Assembly (NCBI GenBank): GCA_951406725.2
Contig: OX597836.1
Coordinates: 4,836,001 to 4,900,000 of the forward strand
Origin: Octopus vulgaris
Lineage: Eukaryota
Reading direction: 5' to 3'
DNA length: 64,000 bases
The translations under genes and the position numbers were made by a program. Positions 55,150-64,000 of this stretch are shown piece by piece. A model generated the notes under the pieces. It did no database searches, was not told the origin of the DNA, and saw only the letters and a list, made by a program, of their open reading frames with translations. How positions within the stretch are numbered: the stretch's first letter is position 1; every line of letters begins with the position of its first letter.

Positions 55150-55655
55150 CGAGCTGGCAGAAACCTTAGCACACCGGGCGAAATTCGCAGTGGTATTTCG
55201 TCTGCCGCTGCGTTCTGAGTTCAAATTCCGCCGAGGTCGACTTTGCCTTTCATCCTTTCGGGGTCGATTAAATAAGTACTAGTTACACACTGGGATCGAT
55301 ATAATCAACTTCATCCGTTTGTCTATCCTTTTTTGTCCTCTCTGTGTTTAGCCCCCTGTGGGTAGTAAAGAAATAGATATTTCGTCCGCCGCAGCGTTCT
55401 GAGTTCAAATTCCGCCGAGGTCGACTTTGCCTTTCATCCTTTCGGGGTCGATTAAATAAGTACCAGTTACGCACTGGGGTCAATATAATCGACTTCATCC
55501 GTTTGTCTGTCCTTGTTTGTCCTCTCTGTGTTTAGCCCCTCGTGGGTAGTAAAGAAATAGGTATTTCGTCTGCCGCTGAGTTCTGAGTTCAAATTCCGTC
55601 GAGGTCGACTTTGCCTTTCATCCTTTCGGGGTCGATTAAATAAGTACCAGTTACG
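55150..55655 (+). mobile_element. head-to-tail trimer of SINE family A
   Basis: One head then units restarting at tatttcgtc.gccgc (55377, 55561); the third unit is truncated. Confidence 0.92.
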
Positions 55656-55667
55656 AACCTTGTGCCT

Positions 55668-55998
55668 TATTAACTCCGCCTTAGCGAATGCGAGGGTATT
55701 GTTTTTCAGTCGTGTTTGTTTCTTTGTCGGTGGACACGATATCTCAAGAACCGGTGGAAGGATTCGGGTGAAACTTGAATGGATGTTTGGCTTCGTGACT
55801 GGCACGAAGAGATTAGATTTTGGGATCGAACCGGTACCAGATAGAGATTTGGGATTATTTTTTCTGTATTTCTACCCCGTTTGTCTGAGCAGTCGAGTTT
55901 ATTCCAGATATTCTCATTTTAGAAATCATATCTGACTAATCGTTGAAAGGACGTTGGTGCTGCCTTCACGGAGGTATGATCTCTCTGAGTGGTCTTAT
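55668..55998 (+). mobile_element. Helentron-associated (HINE/DINE-like) non-autonomous element
   Basis: Subterminal inverted repeats AACTCCGCC / ACGGAGGT, 5' palindrome followed by TTGTTTTT..TGTTTGTTT, 3' ATCTCTCTGAGTG stem, T-rich flanks. Confidence 0.65.
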
Positions 55999-56360
55999 TA
56001 TTATTTCGCAAATTCCAAGTGCAAATTACATCACCCACCATACCAACGTGGCCAAAGGCATCATATGATTTCTATTATCATCATAATCATTATCAATGTA
56101 GATGAATCTGGAGGTTATACAGAGATTATTATCATTCAAATAAATTAGGGAGTTAATAACTTTAAATATGATTTACTCTGTAATTGCCTGTCTGCACGAC
56201 GGAGTGTCAGTCTGTCCGAATTTTATTTTCTCTAAATCTCTTCCTCACCACTGAACGATCTCTTACTCATTCTCTCTTTCTCTATATATATCTACGTACA
56301 TATCTATGCATACACAAGCATATATATATATATATATAAATATAAGAGAGCAGCCATAGT

Positions 56361-56400
<40 letters not shown>

Positions 56401-56946
56401 GTGTGTGTCTACATGTGTGTGCGTATGTGTATGCATTTGTGTGTACCGCTGTCTCTGTCTTCACTTTCTCACAGTCTCACTCTTTCTATATCTTTCCATA
56501 TATATGTATACATACATACACGCACACACTCTCTCTCACACACACACGTACACACACACACATATATATATATACGTATTCATATATACACGTATATGCG
56601 CATGTAAAATATGTACATATATACACATGTTTTTATATATATATATATATTTATACATACATGCATGTAGACAGATATGTATATGTGTGCGTGTGGTGTG
56701 TACATATCATTATATGTGCGTATATGTGTGCATTAATATAAATGCATGTATTCGTCTCTTACTCTCTGTCTCCTCGTCTATCTGCATGTCTCTCTCTCCC
56801 ATTCTCTCTTTATGCATCTTATCCGTTTGTACGTTACGTGTCTGTTAGAATATGTATACATACATATGCATATATCTATACATATATGTATGTATATATA
56901 CATGTATATGTGTGTATGTGTATACGTATATATATATATATGAATG

Positions 56947-56996
<50 letters not shown>

Positions 56997-58608
56997 TGTG
57001 TGTGAGTGTGTGTTTCTTTCCCACACACGCTCCTTCTTTTATGTCGACCAATAATGAGTGGAAACACAGTTGAAAGGCTTTCGCTGCGCTAAGCTGATTT
57101 ATCCTAGCAATCACATCGAATTTTAATTCCTTGACCAACCACAAAGGGAGTACAAATGAGAAAGCGCAAACACCGCCAGGCACCACACCACACCACAGCC
57201 TACAACAGCACCTCACGCATCATAACATTCGCCATTCTGACCTCACACACACACATACAATTTCCTACAAGCTACAACCCTACACCACGACCTCCTCACC
57301 AATCGCCGCGCGAACTGGGCACAGAATTCAATTTTATGATTAACCTCAAAGGATAATGATGCGATTTGGAGACTGGTTAACAAGCAAATACAATCTGTTT
57401 AGGATTATTCGTGTTCGTTGGACAGAGTTGAGGATAAAAATATCAGCAAATATCTTGAACGAATTGTGACGATTAATAACCATATATGTATGTGCTGCTC
57501 TTTGCCTGAATGTGTGTGTGTGTGTGTGTATTTGTGAGTACGTGTATGTGTGGACAAGAGTGTGTTTGTGATTATGCATTGCTTCCTGTACATGAGATAA
57601 TATCTGTCTATAATGTATGTGTCCGCATATATATATACATAATCGCTTATGTATCTGTCACTATATATATATAAATAGCTATATATCTATATCTATATCT
57701 ATAGCTATCTATCTATCTTTCTATCTATCTCTCTATCTATCTCTCTATCTCTCTATCTCTCTATCTATCTATCTCTCTCTCTCTCTCCCTATCTCTCTCT
57801 CTCTCTCTATCTCTCTATCTATCTATCTACACACAGACACACACACACGCTCACACACATATACACAGATGTATATGTATATATATACATACTTACAAAC
57901 TTATACGCTTCTACGTATGCATACTTATACATATTACTCATACACATATATACGTATGTGTACATTTACGCATATGTACACACAATCACACGCACATTCA
58001 CACACACACACATACACACACATATATATATATATGTACATGTTTGTGCATGTATTTGTATTTCCTGTGCGTGCAGGTGTCTATTCGTTTCATATTAGGT
58101 TATATATAAGTAGCATCGTGTGCGAGGTTGTATGCTTTACTGTACGGCGTCAGCTGACTTCTGATTCAATGGTCACAATATTATGCAATGGTGCCAATAC
58201 CAATCCTGTGCCAATACTATCGAGTGTCATTTCACGGGTACATGCTTGGTAATAGCCACCAGGTTTCTCACTGAAGATTATCCTTAGCTTTAAAAAAAAT
58301 CATCTGCATCGAAAAGGCTGGTGTTTTCGGAACAATGTGTGCAGGAAAAAAGTTAAGATAATCGTGTTTGCAATATCTTTTGATTATAAGAGTTTCTGGT
58401 GTCCCAGATAACAAGGGGAAAACCAACAGCGATGGCATCCAAAGCAGAAGGACGTTTTGAGTGTTCTGTGTGTGTGTGTATGTGTGACTGAGTGAGTGAC
58501 TGAGTGTGTGTATGTATACACCCTCAAATATATATACATATGCATATATGTTTCTGTATGTATTGACACACATACATTCATATATATATATATATATATA
58601 TTCTTTAA

Positions 58609-58810
58609 GGCGGTAAACTAGCAGAAACGTTAGCACGCCAGGCGAAATGATTAACAGTATTTCGTCTGTCGTTACGTTCTGAGTTCAAATTCGGCCGAGG
58701 TCGACTTTGCCTTTCATCCTTTCGATGTCGATAAATTAAGTACCAGTTGATTACTGGGGTCGCTTTAATCGACTAGCTTCCTTCCCCACGAAATTTCTGG
58801 ATTGTGCCCT
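58609..58810 (+). mobile_element. SINE family A monomer
   Basis: Full head, B box and core. Confidence 0.9.
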
Positions 58811-60586
58811 ATATATAACACGAAAGAAGAAAGAAATATACAGTTTTATTCACCTGACGCGCGTTTCAGATACATTGGCATTACCTAATCCCGCGAATTA
58901 TTACCCATGCATGTTAATCGACCAATATCTCATTGACGAGGTTTCCCCGCTGATCGAATAATTAACACCAACACGGCGTTCTCTAAACATCACCATTTTG
59001 CTTCTAATAAAGAACTGGAAAAGATTAATGATAAATGCACCCTGATATAATTATTTGGGTGTTCCTTCTCGGTTGAAAATAATTAATGTACTCAATATAC
59101 TCAACAATGGCAATATTATTTATTTTTTCAAAATTCTTACATTAAATTGTCTAACTCTTATTGTTATTCTATTTATTACTATTATTCGTATTATTTTTAT
59201 CCTAACCCTAATTTCATTGATATAATTTTTAATCCTAAAGCTCGAGAATTGGATTATTTATGCGGTTGGCAATTGCCTTTTTACTTTTTACTCCTTTTAA
59301 GCTCTTCCTAATTATTTAATTATTTTTCTCTTACTTCAATTCCTTTTAATTCATTTCCATTTACATATTGTCATGTTATTTTTTATTTTTATATATTTAT
59401 TCTTTCCTATTAATTTTAATTTAATTATTTTTCACATTAGATTATCTTAAGCATAGTGCAATTACATTCAATTTTAAACTTTACATACGCATTCCCCGAA
59501 GTTAAAAAAACCCTTCCCCAAGCGAATCGGTGATTATTTTCTCCTTTGTCTTCCAACCAAATCCTTTATATAAAATTGACACTCATCAAAATACATTCCG
59601 TTCTGACCTAAATAATATATCCTTTCAATAGTTTTGGCTATATATGCTTCCTGTATATATGTGTGTGTATTGATGTACGTTTATGGAAAAAATAACTACA
59701 AGCCCTTAATAAAAATCGGAAAAATAAGTACATAATGAAACAGAATACGGTGTATTCTTTGGTGAAACCTAAATTCATTCATTTTATAAATGGTGTGAGT
59801 CACTGGATAAAAGGCCCCAAAATTCTGAATACTTAGACATTTTGAATAGTGAAGGGGCTATTGAAGCAATCAAGAAAACTAGAATCAATTATCAGAGGAG
59901 TGAGTCACTGATGATGTAAAATTGTAGGGAAAAATATAAAAAGAATGTTCTGTTGCGCGTATCATTGTGTGGTTCAGAATCTTCCTTCCCAAAACGTTTT
60001 TGGCGGGTTCAGTTTTATTGTACGGCATTTTGAGCCTGTGTGTGTGCTGTACTCGTTCAATAGCTCTGAACAAGGGATACATATCTTTCCAAGCAGCTCT
60101 GCTTAAGAAACGTGATATTGAGTACAGCATTAGTGAAATATAATGTAAAAGAATTTCCTACCGCTGTTAAGCTGATTTTCTAATAGTCTGATTCCGAACC
60201 GAGCCGCAGCAACGGAGACTGTACGGAAACCTACCGTATACATGTGTAAGTATATGTGTGTACGTTTCTCTATGTACGTGTCTACGTCGCTTGGCAACCG
60301 TTGCGTGACGACCGTTGTTTGGGGACGTTAGCTTCACCTAATCTTCCAGACAAACATAAAGACATTAAAAAATTTGATTTTTTTCTCTCTGTAGAAAATT
60401 TATTCGACTAACCCTTTGAAGACAATGCTCCAGCCTGGGCGCAGTTCAATGACTGATACAAGTAAAAGAATAAGAAATCTTATTAAATATTAAAACAAGT
60501 TGGAGACAGACATACCTTATATAATATTAAAAGCTTTTAAAACATCATAAGAAAATACGAATGTTATTTCAATAAATTATTCATAA

Positions 60587-60797
60587 GGCGGCGAGCTGGC
60601 AGAGACGTTGACACGCCGGGCGAAATGCTTAGCAGTGTTTCGTCTTTATGTTCTGAGTTCAAATTCGGCCGAGGTTGACTTTGCCTTTCATCCTTTCGAG
60701 GTCGATAAATTAAGTACCAGTTGCGTACTGGGGTCGATCTAATCGACTGGTGCACTCCCCAAATATTCCGGTCCTTATGCCTAGAGGAGAAAAGAAT
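60587..60797 (+). mobile_element. SINE family A monomer
   Basis: ggcggcgagctggcagagacgttg...gagttcaaattc...gtcgataaattaagtaccag. Confidence 0.9.
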
Positions 60798-60808
60798 GAT
60801 AAAGTATC

Positions 60809-61195
60809 TGAAAGAAGCCCGTCCTATATGAACATATATATATATATTTATATATATAGGACGGGCTTCTTTCAAATTTTTGCCTCCCAAATCCACTCTT
60901 AAGTGTTTGGTCGGGCCCAGGCTACAGTCGAAGACACATGCCCAAGGTGACAGAACCAGGAACCATGTGGTTGGAAAACAAGCATCCTACCACCCAGCCA
61001 CTGCAGCACCTCTATATATTATACGATGGGCTTCTTTCATTTTCCGTCTACGAAATACACTTGCAAGTCTTTGACGGCATGGGGCAAAAGTAGGAGACAC
61101 TGGTCCTAGGTGCCTCCCAGTGACAAGGTTCCACGCAGTTCGACTGAATTCGGAACTGTATGACTGGGATGATGCAAACTGCTTACCACAATGAC
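60809..61195 (-). mobile_element. two SINE family B 5' halves, the first with a foldback
   Basis: gggcttctttca...ccaaatccact...aggaaccatgtggttgg, repeated at 61020. Confidence 0.75.
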
Positions 61196-62049
61196 AATCC
61201 TACTCATATGAAGAAAATAAAGGTTTCGCTTTTACTGAAATAATATAAATGTAAAAAAATGAGTGGTACGTATTTCTTTTATTATTAGTAGTACTTCGTT
61301 TTGACAGAATATATGTGACGGCGTTGTATTAATGTGTTTCCATGGTGATTAAAGATGCCATTATATTTAAAATGGCTCTTTTTAAAATGGTGTTGGCATA
61401 ACAATTAACTACAAAATAATAATAACCACCATTGTGATAATTTGAAAGAGAGAGAAATAACCATAAGTTTTCATAATCTTTATTTTATGGTGTTTTATTG
61501 TTGCCTGCTATTGTTTTTGTGAGAGTGTTGTTAAATATACGAGAGGAAATTTCTGCGTATAAAATATTTATGTCATTTAAATAACATTGAAAGAGATTAT
61601 ACTATGTATGACCGCACGGTATTTGGCAAATAATCATGTTGCACTGCGTAAGAGAGAGAAACATACGTTCCTTCGCTTACTTCGATCATTGGATTGCGAC
61701 CATGCTGGTGTAACCGACTTGCAGAATCAGTCAAATAAATCTATCACAGTTCGTATTTTACATCTGATAATTATATTAACATCGTGTGTCGAACAACTAA
61801 GTTAAGGAGTTGTAAAGAAGCTAATAATTTTCGTCAAGCGATGGAGAAAAGGCTAACGCTAACACTACGAGATACGCACATACATATAACCTCCACATAT
61901 ATGTAATAAATATATGTAACTTCCCCATATATATAATAAAGAAGGTGAAATTGCGTTGGAAGACTTTTAGTTGGTTTATTTTGAATGGTTTAACAGTTTC
62001 ACGGATTTTTGACTTCCCACAGTCAAGATAGTTGCGTAATAGCACTGTT

Positions 62050-63390
62050 AAGGGAGGGGAAGTTGATTACATCGACCCGTAGTAATCAAATGGTTCTTAT
62101 TTTATAGATCCCGAAAGGGTGAAGGGCAAAATCGACATCGGCAAAATTTGAAATCAGAAAGTAAAAACGGACAAAGTGCAGCTAAGAAATTTTTCGGACG
62201 TACTAAATATTCTTCCATCTCACCGCCTGAAGCGGCGTCAAAATTATGAGAAAGAAATGAAAGACATGAGTTTCCCGTTCACCTGTCATATGCAATAACT
62301 ATCAGCAACTAACAAAGGTAAACATTTTATAAAAAGGAGCTGTTCTTGCCCGAACCTGCACTCTGAAAGGCTCCCAAATTATCTGATGTGAGCGTTAGTT
62401 TTCAACACTGCCAAACGAAGAAAAGAAGAGGGAGAACTTATAGGAAGAACATTGTCTGCAAAGAAAAATTGGATTGAAAGGTGTACGCAAATTGAAATGT
62501 GTATTGGCTTTGACCCATCGCCTGGGCTTATAAGATACCAACGATGTGGTTTTCAGATTATGCCATGTTGCATTAAATGCTTACCCCTGTGAAATTAGAC
62601 CCCTATATTTGACATATAATTTAATCTTTTTACATTAAAATTTTTGTTTTCTAGATATGAAATGGTGATCATGTAAACTTTAAAATATAGTTTTTTCTCT
62701 TTGAGGGGTAAGTAGAAAAATAAGAATGAATATTTATTTTATGAATGTTGTGTATTAAGTCTATAGAATTGTGCATAAATAGTATGAAGTGTCTATATAA
62801 ATTGCATGAAGTAATCTTCGTATTCCAATTTCCTTCACTTTTCCATGAATAGCAGATGAGAGACTATCTTTTGATACAGACACAACACAGTTTATGATTT
62901 CAGGGTTTTGGGAATAACCCAACAGGTTCCCAATTAATTCCGTGAAATATTCACGGGCCCCACTAGTTAACAATACTAATAGTAATATTGGTTTCAGCGT
63001 TTGACTCAGGGCTAGTGATTTTAGGAGATGGGATTACAGTGACCCCAGAGCTAAACTTCTACTTTATTTAACGACTACGAAAGAATGAAAGGCAAAGTCG
63101 AGCCCGGCGTATTTTGAACTAAGAATATGAATACGGACGAAATGCCGCGAACCATTTTGCCAGCTCACCACTCTAATAAGAACAGTGACATTGGCACACT
63201 AGGCCAGCAACATCAGAGGAGGGGATAATTCGATTATGTCGACCCCATTTCTGAACTAGTACTTATCATTTCGACCCCGAAAGGAGGAAAGATAGAGTTG
63301 ACTTCGTTGGAATCTGAACTCAGAATGTGAAGACGGACGAATTGCCACCAAGCGTGTTGTCTGGTTTGATATCGATTTTGTCTGCACCCC
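62050..63390 (-). mobile_element. three diverged SINE family A copies (62050-62228, 62995-63170, 63192-63390)
   Basis: Each has cgaaag..gaaaggcaaa.tcgac and tgaactcagaa-like blocks. Confidence 0.75.
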
Positions 63391-64000
63391 CACACAATAA
63401 TAATAATAGCAATATTAATATATTTCTAGAGAGGAGTATATTTGAATTGTTATCATAACTTTTCGAGCGAGAAGAAGAGCGAGAAAGAAGAGAGAGGGGA
63501 TAGAAGGAGAGAGAAGAATTAAGAGTACAGCTGTTGAAGAGAGAAGATTGGTGATTTGTATTTCTGCTCACAGAGATGTGTAAATTATAACGTGATGGAA
63601 GTGTATTTCCATTGAAATTAAAGATGGAATTAAAATGGCTTTATTTAAAATAGAGGTGGCACAATTAATGATAAAAAGAATAACGTCTGGGTTTGGATTA
63701 ATTTGAATCGAGAGAAATTAGCATATATTTCATTTTAATTGCAATTGTTTGTGTGAGTGGTTTTAATGTGTACAAAAGTTAATTCTGCATATAATAATTC
63801 AAATTATTTAAATTACGGGTAGAATGAATATGCAAAGAATATTCGATATCGTATAAACTATAACATTGGACGACAGAAGACAGAAAGAAGAGAAAATTTG
63901 GAGAAAAACATGATTTTATAGAATAAAGAGTTAAACAAGTAAAGACTTTGAGAAGTGGGGAACATATGGGCGATGAAGTTGAGTGTATGGTATATAGTAC

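Noticed and set aside
62579-62713. 9-bp inverted repeat cttacccct/aggggtaag
   Set aside because: Too short, no TSD or second copy.

Overview
AT-rich, microsatellite-saturated eukaryotic non-coding DNA with no convincing host protein-coding exon; nearly all ORFs in the supplied track are translations of (TA)n, (CA)n, (TATC)n, (TAA)n or (CAT)n repeats. The repeat landscape suggests a cephalopod (Octopus-like) intron or intergenic region, which is an inference from recalled repeat families. Contents: many copies of at least four tRNA-headed SINE families, some as head-to-tail multimers; two mariner remnants and one Tc1 remnant; a Tc1/mariner MITE in two copies, one interrupted by a clean Helitron insertion; further Helitron/Helentron-like elements; 3' fragments of an R4/Dong-like LINE in (TAA)n; L1/Tx1, CR1-group and Merlin-like remnants. 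Most notable are several short elements with minimal hammerhead-ribozyme (HHR) cores of the Penelope type. One is a TSD-flanked composite of a tRNA-like Pol III head, (AAT)n, an HHR core and an inverted tail copy (25785-26186). Coordinates were read by eye; element edges may be off by several bases.
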